From NCBI GenBank assembly GCA_003427395.1, contig BFEA01000004.1:5344167-5404624 (forward strand): a stretch of 60,458 bases of DNA. The letters are read 5' to 3'. Within the stretch, counting starts at the first letter, position 1. Each line of letters opens with the position of its first letter. Both the position numbers and the translations under genes were made by a program. The notes beneath the pieces are model-generated. The model did not search any database and was not told where the DNA came from. It was given only the letters and a program-made list of their open reading frames with translations. This document shows, piece by piece, positions 25,881 through 36,369 of this stretch. The stretch comes from Chara braunii. Lineage: Eukaryota > Plantae > Charophyceae.

Positions 25881-27156
25881 CTGCATATATGGCAATAGAG
25901 GAGCTATCGTTCCCAATGCCAACAGGTAAAGCAACCTACACATAGAACAAAACATTCGACAAACTATCAAACAAAGTAGCATTGACATTTGCAGTGAGGA
26001 GTGTGTGAACCCTTCTTGACCTCCAAAGACTATATTATACACCAATTGTTGAATCGTGACGACAACAGCGCCTGCTGCCTCATGACTATGATATCAACTA
26101 CCGATGTCGAGTTCCTCTCCAGAAACTGTTGTTCCACGTAAAAGCAGTCCGCTTGATATAAATAATTTTTCCAATGACAGACTAAGGGACCTGCAAAAAA
26201 AAAAACTACCTGGCTTAATCATACACACATGCAACTGTTGGTAAACAGGTCACGCGCTCGAATTCTGATCGAATCAGACGAATACAACAATAATAATATT
26301 ACTGGCTACCCTCTCTAAAGCAAAACAAAAGGGCCTGCAGACATTCTACCCGATCAACAACGTTCCTCCTGACTCCATGCATGCAACTTCAAAGCAGCAC
26401 AAACCTGTGATGCTGAAGCCTGTAGCTTCTAAGTTTTGAATTGCATGGGCCTGATTAGAACCCGGTTTTCCGATAGCACAGAACTTATCTGTCGCTTTAA
26501 GCTTTTAAAACCTGTGCTGAAGTACAGTGACCCAAAAAAACTATAGGAGCCACACTATCTGAATCTCCAGTGTCAGTACGACTGTTAAAGGCACATGTCC
26601 TGGAATCAATTCATATTCGGAGCTGACGGTAGAGAAAATCGGAAAAACTGGCAGATTTCCCAAACTCCTAAGAAGTCGGGGGCTGGGCCCGACGACGGCC
26701 GCCGTTGATAAATCTCATCGGCGGCCATTATGTTGTTTCGTTTCATTTCGGCCCTCCTAAAAGATCGGAGCCCCACCCCGAGGCTCCCTATTTTCCCAAA
26801 CGTTACACGTACTAGTGGTTTTAAGTAGTACATTGCCCAAAAGATAGATAATCTTTTGCACTTGTATCAATGTCAGCATGCTCCTCGATTGTTAAAAAAA
26901 AAAAAAAAAAGGGGTTCCTTCAAGATATCCCACCTGGGCTCTGCAGCTAGCTGGTTGTCAAATTTCACCAAGAGCTGCAATTGAGCACTTGTTGAGTGGA
27001 GTGCCTTTTTTTTTTCAGGAAGAACGGCGAATCCGGAAAAAAAAAAGCAAAAAAAAAAAAAAAAAAAAAAAACAGTACAGGAACTGGCATTCAACATCCT
27101 GGCCTCATCCTGCAGCTTTCCCTCTGATCCTTTTTTTGATTTTTTTTTTTTTAATA

Positions 27157-27258
27157 ACATTTTTAGACCACTTCTGGCACTTATGTGTGTCATCCTTGTG
27201 CAGGGGTCATGCTAATCTTCTCTGTATCGTATGAATTTCAACACATGTCCCCAAGGAC
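27157..27258 (-). pseudogene. U6: Retroposed U6 snRNA pseudogene
   Basis: Minus strand GTCCTTGGGGACATGTGTTGAAATTCATACGATACAGAGAAGATTAGCATGACCCCTGCACAAGGATGACACACATAAGTGCCAGAAGTGGTCTAAAA aligns along full-length plant U6 (ACAGAGA box and AGC triad intact). Followed by an A-tail; degenerate TSD ATCAGAGAGAAAA (27271-27259) / ATCAGAGGGAAAG (27128-27116); no TATA or USE upstream. Confidence 0.9.
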
Positions 27259-27822
27259 TTTTCTCTCTGATGCTTGATCGGTCCAACAGTGCAAATTGCC
27301 TGCCTGCCTAGATCAGGGTCATCTTTGGGGTCACATCAAGACCGGACAAGACAGAGACTTGGAATCGCCGCCGTTTAGATGAGGGGTAGATTCCTGTTCT
27401 TCTGTGTGAAACATTCACAATGAATTCACAAAGGATTGTCCTACTTCTGTCACGGGATGCCTATGGATTCACTCAGCTGTCACTCGCTCAGCAGAAGCTA
27501 GAGATACGCCAACGAGCATTGGTTAAGCACAGACCCATTTACTAAAAGAAAAATGGAAAGGGGGGGGGGGGGGGGGGGGGGGGGGAAGGGAGGGGAAGGG
27601 TAAGAGGAGTTCTTACGCTTTGTATTGTGCTTCAACCAGAGTGCAAGGGCACAATACAGTGATTCAACCTCCCATTTTCATGCTCACACACGATTCTCCG
27701 GTGCACGAACCACATGTTCCAAAAGTCGAGAGGGAGCAATCACCCAGCAGCAAGAAGACACTGAAATAAAGAGCTTGCAGGCCCGGTTTCAGATCCACAA
27801 CGTCACCACTGTCAGGTAACAG

Positions 27823-27857
<35 letters not shown>

Positions 27858-28345
27858 CACCATGTTTTCTGATCGGTTGCCGGCTGGAGTTAAACGGATG
27901 AATCATGAAAGCTCTCCCAAGCAAATGTTAACAAAAAACCGTTGAAAAGGGACCACAGATAACATCATACACGTCGACAAATGTGACTAGATGCCGCACT
28001 ATTGCCCGTTCATCACAGGGCAACTTCATGAAATGAACGCTCACTGTAAACACCACATGGGCCAGCGAGTGCATGCCTTTCATAGAAGGTAACATTTTGC
28101 AATGCCTGCCAGAGAAAGAAGGAACTAACAACAGAGAGACCGGAGAATGGTGAGTAATATACACATGGGTTTGCGAGGTCCGGTGAACGGGGAAGAGTGG
28201 GAAGGGAATGAGTGGGAGGAGGAGGAGGAGGAGGAGGAGAAGGAGAGGTAAGAAGGGTGAAGGATCCTTCCAGGAGGTGCACATTCAGGTGGGGTGCACT
28301 TTCAGAAGCTTCCCCCAGGAATATATACCTCTTTTCTGTGATAAA

Positions 28346-28612
28346 TCACTTCACTTGAAAACCAAACGACAGCTTAGGACGCGTGTTCTTTTTCCCGAGG
28401 ATTTTCATTTGCTCTGCTCTTTCTTGATCCTCCTCCTTTTTCCTCCTCCGCAACAGTTCCTCTTTCTGTTTCTGCAAGGTTTCCAGCTCTCTATATCTCT
28501 CTTCCTCCTTCATTGCTTGCTCTTCTGCTGCCTTCCTTTGTGCTTCCTCCACCCTCCTCCGGTTCTCCTCTAGCATGCGATCAAGCTCCTCTTGTTGCCT
28601 CCGCGCTTCTTC
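28346..28612 (-). CDS. ARGLU1: ARGLU1-like protein, last coding exon
   Basis: Acceptor tttttcttgcaaatccAG|GAA; encodes EEARRQQEELDRMLEENRRRVEEAQRK...EEERYRELETLQKQKEE...MKILGKKNTRPKLSFGFQVK-stop. The LGK..RPKLSF tail is characteristic of ARGLU1 proteins. Confidence 0.92.
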   Translation of the reverse strand, partial: EEARRQQEELDRMLEENRRRVEEAQRKAAEEQAMKEEERYRELETLQKQKEELLRRRKKEEDQERAEQMKILGKKNTRPKLSFGFQVK

Positions 28613-29134
28613 CTGGATTTGCAAGAAAAACAGCACCACGAAAGCATTCAACATCCACCTCCATCATGCCAATCGATCAGCTACCACACTCGTCACATCG
28701 TCAGTGATCTGATTCCACTCTCTCAGCCCAAACGGAACGTGAAATTGTCATATCTATATCTAGCATCTAGCAAAAGAAAAAACTGGCCTGAATTCAGATA
28801 TATGGTGACTCCACGTTCTCTCACATTTTCTTCTGCGAAAAAACGAGCCTGAGCGGAAGAAAAAAAGAAAGAAACCGGAACCATTTTACCAAGCCTGATG
28901 AGGGTGCAGCACATTATTTCACAAATTCACAGACATTGACTGCATGGTTTCATGGTCCCCCCCCCCCCCCCCCTTCCGCTTTTTCTGTACTGTTAGGACC
29001 ATACGAACGAAGCCCAGCAGCCGCGAGGTCACACCTCTAGTCCTTGGTGCCAAGCTACCAACCAGCAGATACAAGCCACTGTCACGCAATCCAGCCCACT
29101 CAAAAGGACATCCATTCATCCAACCGCCACCAGC

Positions 29135-29178
<44 letters not shown>

Positions 29179-29372
29179 CACGATCATAGCCCATTTGCAA
29201 TAGGTTCATCATTCTTCTGAGGCAGGCCTCACATAGAGAGAAAGTGCCAGTGGTAACCAAAGGGTCAAAAGGCTTCACGAAAGAGTGGCAAGCTCAGAAA
29301 AGAACACACGACACGAGTCCATTTTCCACAAAGGTTCTAAGTGAATTGTAAGGGCACGATATAAAGAGTCAC

Positions 29373-29592
29373 CTCCTTCCGCCGGGCTTCCTCGAGCAGT
29401 TGTTGCTTCTCTTCCTCCAGCCGTTTATTGACCTCGTCCACTATTCTTTTTTGGCCTTCATCAATCATTTCCTGGATTTTTTGCTTCATCTCCTCAGAGT
29501 TGAGCGCAGCCTCAACCTGTTTCTGCACCGTCTCCTCGAGTCTCTTCGCTGTTTCTTCTTCGATCTGCTTCAGCTCTGCTTCAGTAAATTCT
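29373..29592 (-). CDS. ARGLU1: ARGLU1-like protein, internal exon (ARGLU coiled coil)
   Basis: Acceptor tgtgtcAG|A GAA TTT; encodes EFTEAELKQIEEETAKRLEETVQKQVEAALNSEEMKQKIQEMIDEGQKRIVDEVNKRLEEEKQQLLEEARRKE; donor GAG|GTGACT. Resembles the plant ARGLU1-family EAELKLIEEETAKR...LNSEE segment. Confidence 0.9.
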
Positions 29593-29880
29593 CTGACACA
29601 GTCGATCGACCGATCCCCACATCAGCCCAATAGTAAGCAAAAGCCCACCATACCACATTCCCCCAGCAGCAAAACGCACGACTGTTCTAACCTCGAATCG
29701 AGTGCAAAGCAGAGAATCTTGGCATTAGATCACAGCACGTACACATCTCACTGTATCAGTGAAAATGGTAAAATCAACTTCACCGATATGAGAACAAATA
29801 ATCATCAGTCTCCAACAATTCCCTGTCCTGTTTCTTCCTCTCTTAACTTCTCAAAGTCTTAGCATCATCATACTACAAAA

Positions 29881-29996
29881 TGAATGTATTAAGGAGATTC
29901 CCACTCTCCCTATCCTACCATCCTGCGAAATCATAGCCAAGGGAACGGGGGCTTGGAAGAATCGGCGGGGAAAGAAGACCCTGTTGAGCTCGACTC

Positions 29997-29997
<1 letters not shown>
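29881..29997 (+). pseudogene. Cytosolic LSU (25S/28S) rRNA fragment in ARGLU1 intron
   Basis: TGAATGTATTAAGGAGATTCCCACTCTCCCTATCCTACCATCCTGCGAAATCATAGCCAAGGGAACGGGGGCTTGGAAGAATCGGCGGGGAAAGAAGACCCTGTTGAGCTCGACTCT matches conserved eukaryotic LSU rRNA; runs directly into (TG)n. Confidence 0.88.
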
Positions 29998-30051
<54 letters not shown>

Positions 30052-30384
30052 CGGAATGAAAAGAGTTACACAAACAAGAAGGACCAGTGCAGCTCTGCAT
30101 GCGCAAAAGTAGTACTTATGACGACTTGACTTGATATCAGAGACGAAGGGGGAAAAAAGTCCAGCTGTGCTATTACAGACGTTGAGCGCCGCAAATTAAA
30201 CTGTCGCTTTCGTGAGACGTGTCAGCTTTGTAATACCACAGCATGACTTTTCCCCCCATCCCAGCTATCAACTCATCATCACTGCCACTCTCGCACAGGC
30301 AGAACTGCACTATCATCAAGTGTTCATCAGTACTACACAACAATCATGTTGTGTCAGAGGGTAGACATATATATCATCACATGT

Positions 30385-30790
30385 ATATCAGAGCGCAAAT
30401 GCAAAAAAAAGAAAAACAGGAAAATTTGAATTCAGTTCTTTATCTTCTTCCTTATAACTCCCCCTGTTCAGAACCTCTTGCGTACAAGGCCGCCCACGTG
30501 GATGTAGGTTGAGCGGCGGCTGCCCCCACCCCCGTGTGTATATATATATCGTCACAAACAGAACTGCCCGGTAAACCGTAGGCAGAGAGAGAGAAGAAGA
30601 CAACAAACGAGGTGTATATATTGTCACATTGTGAATCAGAGCGCAAAAAAGGGGAAAGAAAAAAGGAAAAGGAAAAAAGGGGGAGGGGGAAGAGGTAAGG
30701 AAAGCTCCACCTGTTCATAACCTCTTACGTACAAGGCCAGCCACGTGGATGACAGGTTGAGCGCTGGCTGCCCCCATCCCCGTGTGTCAC
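30385..30790. repeat. About 250-bp local tandem duplication in ARGLU1 intron
   Basis: ATCAGAGCGCAAA...CCTGTTCA..ACCTCTT..GTACAAGGCC..CCACGTGGATG...GGCTGCCCCCA occurs twice. Confidence 0.75.
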
Positions 30791-31002
30791 AAGGACCCAC
30801 TTGCACGCAGCCAAAAGGCAAAGAGGTAAAGAAAGGGAGGAGGAAACCAAACCTGACAGGGAAAGAAAGATAGGGAAAGAAAGATAATCCAATTGTCACA
30901 AAGCAAATAACACATCCCACAGATCAACGTATCTTTTTTCTTTTTTTCTTTTTTTCTCTCTTTTCTTTTTTTCTCTTTTTCTTTTCTTCTTTTTTTCTTT
31001 AC

Positions 31003-31254
31003 CTGCCCCCACCTCGGCAGATAGGACAGCTACGGTGAGGATGATGTGGATGTTCACAAGGATGCCCAAGGAGAGCTGCGTCAGCACAGCATTCTGCAGG
31101 ACGGCTAGCACGAACCATCCCATCAAAACAGTCCTGACAGAGGACATGTTGTCCACATGTCAAAAACACGGCAGGACGTTCATCACAGTGCGGCATCATA
31201 CAGTTCTGATAGCGTCCTTGGGCACAATAGGGACAACGTATATCTGGGTGATAG
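31003..31254 (-). CDS. RING-HC (C3HC4)-like zinc-finger coding segment inside ARGLU1 intron; 5' end lost in N-gap
   Basis: HPDIRCPYCAQGRYQNCMMPHCDERPAVFLTCGQHVLCQDCFDGM...HRSCPICRGGG fits C-x4-C-x9-C-x2-H-x2-C-x2-C-x(~36)-C-x2-C; ends at consensus donor GGCAG|GTAAGA (read-through would stop at TAA 31001-30999). Confidence 0.65.
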
Positions 31255-31784
31255 NNNNNNNNNNNNNNNNNNNNNNNNNNNNNNNNNNNNNNNNNNNNNN
31301 NNNNNNNNNNNNNNNNNNNNNNNNNNNNNNNNNNNNNNNNNNNNNNNNNNNNNNNNNNNNNNNNNNNNNNNNNNNNNNNNNNNNNNNNNNNNNNNNNNNN
31401 NNNNNNNNNNNNNNNNNNNNNNNNNNNNNNNNNNNNNNNNNNNNNNNNNNNNNNNNNNNNNNNNNNNNNNNNNNNNNNNNNNNNNNNNNNNNNNNNNNNN
31501 NNNNNNNNNNNNNNNNNNNNNNNNNNNNNNNNNNNNNNNNNNNNNNNNNNNNNNNNNNNNNNNNNNNNNNNNNNNNNNNNNNNNNNNNNNNNNNNNNNNN
31601 NNNNNNNNNNNNNNNNNNNNNNNNNNNNNNNNNNNNNNNNNNNNNNNNNNNNNNNNNNNNNNNNNNNNNNNNNNNNNNNNNNNNNNNNNNNNNNNNNNNN
31701 NNNNNNNNNNNNNNNNNNNNNNNNNNNNNNNNNNNNNNNNNNNNNNNNNNNNNNNNNNNNNNNNNNNNNNNNNNNNNNNNNNNN

Positions 31785-31968
31785 CGGGTAAAGACAGTAG
31801 TGTTTATGGCTGGTGCATCTGGACTGAAAATCGCCCCAAATACAGCTATAATGACTGGGCGTTCTATTCGGGTAAAGACGGTAGTGTTTATGGCTGGTGC
31901 ATCTGGACTGAAAATCGCCCCAAATACAGCTATAATGACTGGGCGTTCTATTCGGGTAAAGACGGTAG
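31785..31968 (+). repeat. 84-bp tandem repeat built from the MITE right half
   Basis: CGGGTAAAGAC recurs at 31785, 31869 and 31953; near-identical units; array runs into the gap. Confidence 0.85.
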
Positions 31969-32255
31969 TGTTGGAAGGTAAAGGCGGCAACTTGCCAAGC
32001 GTCAGTCAGATGAACATCACTGTAATCAGAAGTTAGTTTCTCTGCATCTGGACTCAAAATCGCCCAAAATGCAAGCTGTTACTCAGTGACACGCAGAACG
32101 GCAACTTGCCGCCAAGTGTCATACAGACGGCGCTGCTCAGAAGATTCTCAGAATGGAGGGAGGGGGGGGGATGATATCGACACGTCGAATAATAACTTGT
32201 AAGGTGTGCGATATGCACTCCAGTGCGGATACACTCCGGAGAATGAACATGTGAG

Positions 32256-32367
32256 CACCTTCTTCACCCGAATATACAACGTACGGTCATTATTGCCGTA
32301 TTTAGACTGATAGATACCCCAAATACAGCTATAATGACCGGGCGTTCTATTCGGGTGAAGACGGTAG
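32256..32367. mobile_element. Copy of the pogo/Tc2-like MITE
   Basis: TCTTCACCCGAATA...TATTCGGGTGAAGACGGTAG. Confidence 0.75.
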
Positions 32368-34403
32368 CACGTGGAGCGGGAACTCGCCACGTGTGATATG
32401 GACGCCAGCAGTTCTCACAATGAAAATGTCGGTCAACCAATCAAGAAAACAATCGTCACGACCGCATCATCACCCAGACAATTTAAGGAAAACTAATCAA
32501 GGCCGCATTCAATCAATCAACTAATCAATCAACTAATTAATCAACTAATCAATCAACTAATTAATCAACTAATCAATCAACGAAAGAAGCAATCAACTTA
32601 ATCGACCAACTTCATCAAGCACGCAATCAGTCGATCAACAGCCGATCATCGACCAGGGCTGATAGCATTCAGCGGGCAACTGTGTGAAGGCCTTCGACAC
32701 GGACCGTGTAGTAGGAAGATAGTGACGTACAGCGCCGGCCTGTCGGCAACACACTGCCATTCATTGCCAGTTTTCATCATTTACTTGTCGAGCATACACC
32801 CCACTTTTTGGTTATTTTTCACCATTTACATCCTATTTCCTTTCTTCCCTCCCTTTTTCGCTGCAGCTGCATCTTTTCTTCATTTNNNNNNNNNNNNNNN
32901 NNNNNNNNNNNNNNNNNNNNNNNNNNNNNNNNNNNNNNNNNNNNNNNNNNNNNNNNNNNNNNNNNNNNNNNNNNNNNNNNNNNNNNNNNNNNNNNNNNNN
33001 NNNNNNNNNNNNNNNNNNNNNNNNNNNNNNNNNNNNNAGGAAACAGTGCGCGGGAGGAGGGGACAATGGGGGCCATGGGGAGGGTCACGAAAGTAATTCT
33101 ATAACACCGCGCCCCACCCCCACCCCACCCCGGGGCTCCCCTCATTTACTTTAATAAACATAACCCGTTCCATCATCCTCCTCATGAGGAAAGAAAAAGG
33201 AATACCAGACATAGCGATAAAAGTAACATGTGGGCTGTTGATGTCAACCTGCAAGTCCTAATTAGTGCGCCGCCTAAAACAGAAGGCGACCAAATGAGGA
33301 GTTGCTACAAAACACAGAGAAGGCCAAATTCTAAAGCTTTCCTATTTCGGAAACGATGTGCACATTCGGCATTCGTTCGGTGAAGACGGGAGAAAACAAT
33401 TACCAAGAAAGGAAACTTCACATGACTGAGTGACTGCAACTTGAAATCGGTGACTTCCAGGGCTGCGCAGTGTCCATACGACAAGTCGGAAATAACCACT
33501 CGCTTTTTTTTTCATTTTGTATGTTCTCGTTCTGTTGATGATGCACCCCGATCCCGACCATTGTAAGAGTTCGCCGCCGGCTTCTTCACAAGTAGAGAGG
33601 CCACAAACCGCATTTTTCTGTACAACGTGGCCCCAATTTCTGGTTTAATTAGGAGAGAATAGAACTTCTGGTCTAATTAGAATGGAATAGAATAGAATAG
33701 AATAACAATAGAATGCCGCTCGACCGCATCTATGCACAACAGGCACACCACCCAGTTTTACGCCCCCTATACTGTAACGCACCCTTGCAACCAACAGCGG
33801 GCAGCCGACCATATGAGGGGTGGAGATGCACACAGTAATTGGGATCAAGCCAGCGGAACAGTAAAACGAGGCATCAAGAAGAGACAGCAGCGAGGTGATG
33901 ACAACGACGAGCAGCAGCCGCTGCAGGAGAACGAGGAGAGGACAGAGGGTGGGCGGGTGGGGGGAATCGAGTGGGAGGACAACGACAACCAGAAGAGAGA
34001 AAATGAGGAAAGGGCATGGTAGACGGACATAGCAACAAGAGGGATACAGATAAAGAGTGGAAACAGGAGGCGGAATCAAAGGAGGCCGAGGAGAAGATCA
34101 TGGCGTACAGGGAGGGGAAGAGATAAGCGGAAGAGAGAGGGAGGAAGAGAGAAACAGAGAGGAACAGAGGGAGGAAGAGACAGGAAGACAAAGTAAAAGA
34201 GGGAGAGAGAGAGGAGGACAGAGGAAGACAGAGGAAGACAAAGGAAGACAAAGGAAGACAGAGGAAGCAATAGAGAGGGGGTAAGGGGGGAAGAGAGAGA
34301 GAGAGAGAGAGAGAGGGTGAGGAAGACGGGGGAAGAGAGAGGAGGGGAAAAGAGGGGAGGAAGAGAGAAACAGAGAGAGAGAGAGACAGTGGTCAAAATA
34401 CAC

Positions 34404-34861
34404 CTTACACGTGGCGGCGACTTCTCCCTCTCACGGGATAACTTTTCCCTGTCTTTCTCGCGTGGGGCAACTTTATCTTTGGCAGTTGGAGACTTGTCTT
34501 TCTCCCGCGGCTTTTCCCTGTCTCGTTGAGACACCTTATCCCGATCGCGATCTCGATCTCGTTCTCGATCCCGATCTCGTTCCCGATCCCTCGCTCTCTC
34601 CCTTTCCCGCTCCCTCTCCCGCTCGCGCTCCCGTTCTCTATCCCGTTCCCTCTCCCTATCCCTATCTCTCAATGGCGGCGGCGGCGACCTCTCCCTGTCT
34701 CTTGCCGGCGGCGTCCTGTCTCGATCTCTGAGCGGAGGCGACCGATCCCTGTCCTTAGAACGACTCCGATACTCCCGCCTTACGCGTCTCATTCCCCTAC
34801 CTGGTGACCTCCCCCGCCTCTGGTTCCTTCGGCTAGGCGATACCGACGATGACGGTGCCAT
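34404..34861 (-). CDS. ARGLU1: ARGLU1-like protein, first coding exon (RS/RD/RE-rich N-terminus)
   Basis: ATG at 34861 opens MAPSSSVSPSRRNQRRGRSPGR...RSRSKDRDRSPP...REREKSPPRV. Candidate donor AG|GTGTAT after 34404 is phase 2 and compatible with the 29592 acceptor; an alternative GTAAGG donor lies 5 nt upstream. Confidence 0.75.
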
Positions 34862-36369
34862 CGCGACCCAACCCCCCCTACCCCACCCCCCTACCCCCAC
34901 CCAAACCCCTCCACGTCGACTTCCTCCCCCCTCCCTACCGCACTTTCTATCTTTAGCTCACTCACGCTCACCCTTTCCTCTCAACAGCCTTCAAGCATTG
35001 AACACGCATTCATTCATTCCCCCCGCTGCCAATCTCGTCTCCCGCAACATTGCCCCCCCCCAATTTCCCGCCTCTTCTGACCTGTCCTCTTCTCCGCTGC
35101 CCACCTTTCCCTCCCTTTTTACCTTTTTCCCTTTGTCCGTTTTCGTTTTCGTGTTCTTTCCCGTGTCCCACGCTTCACGCTCCAAATCCACGACCACGTA
35201 CCGGCTCACGGAGGCCGAGGAAGGTCGAAGGAAGAGCGGCGGGAGGAGAAGAACGAGGAGGCGCGCTTGCTTGGCGCCTTCTCCTGCGCCAACAATTTTC
35301 CGCCCCTTCGTATCGTAATTTCTACCTCCAAACTCCCCTTTCCCGCCAAGCGCCTCGTCTCTTCCTTCCCGCTCTTTTTCCCACAGCTTCAGCGACCACT
35401 TTTTCAAATCTCCCGCCGCTTGCCGTTGCGACTCTCGTCCGTCTCCCTTTCCCCGCTCTTCTTCCAACACAGCTTCAGCGACCACTTCTTTAAATCTCCC
35501 GCCGCTCGCCGTTGCGCCTTCCAGTTGATATTCGATATACTTAAGTGAACTCCCCCTACCCTACCTCATCCTCTGCTCCCTCGTCTCTCCCTCGTTTCTC
35601 GTACTTCCACGTGTCGCTGTTCCCGGAGCACTAGATCTTCCCGCCCATGCCTGAGCGGTACAGGCGCCCAGGAAACCGCCTCGTGAGCCTCGCGTTGGGT
35701 GGGCTCCCAGTGAATCACGACACACTGAGCATCTCGAAGCTCGAGCTGAGCACGAAACGCGCGCTCCTCAACCGGCTTATCCCCTCTGCGCGGCGCTGTC
35801 CGATCTACCGTTTGTGCACCAATCAAAACGCAAGAACAGGTACGGTACCGTACCATCACACCACCACCATCCCGCCGCGTGCGTCCCCTTTGTCTGATGG
35901 TGTTCGCCGGGGTGGGTAGGGGAACTGAACACGAGACCACCCCAGTGGGTTACTCCTCGACAAGGAACGGTGTGAAGCCGCCCCCTCAGAGTTTGAATTG
36001 TTGCCCTTCAGGGGGTTCACCCTCCTGCCCGACGAGACCCCAAGAAACAGCCATAACCATCGTGCAAAAAAGAGCAGCTATTGACTCACCACGAGGGCGC
36101 GGGGGCTGTATGAGGCGGGGGCCCAGTTGCAGTTTAGACCGTGGCCCAGTAGTAGCTAACTAACGGGAGGCCCAGTAGTAGCCAAGGGGTGGTGGAGCGG
36201 GAGTATGGTTAGCCAGCAAGTCCTGTGAATCCTACCGTAGTGATCATGGAGGGTAGTTATTTCTGTTCATGGCGGGATGTTTGTTTTGTGACGTAGGACC
36301 GCACTACTCACCAACATGTGTGGTTTTCGGTGAGGTGGGCGGTGCTGCACTACCTCCCCATGTATGTCT

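Noticed and set aside
32819-33066. Possible extra ARGLU1 exon at or in the gap (NEEKMQLQRK)
   Set aside because: No convincing donor and most of the sequence is missing; cannot be supported.
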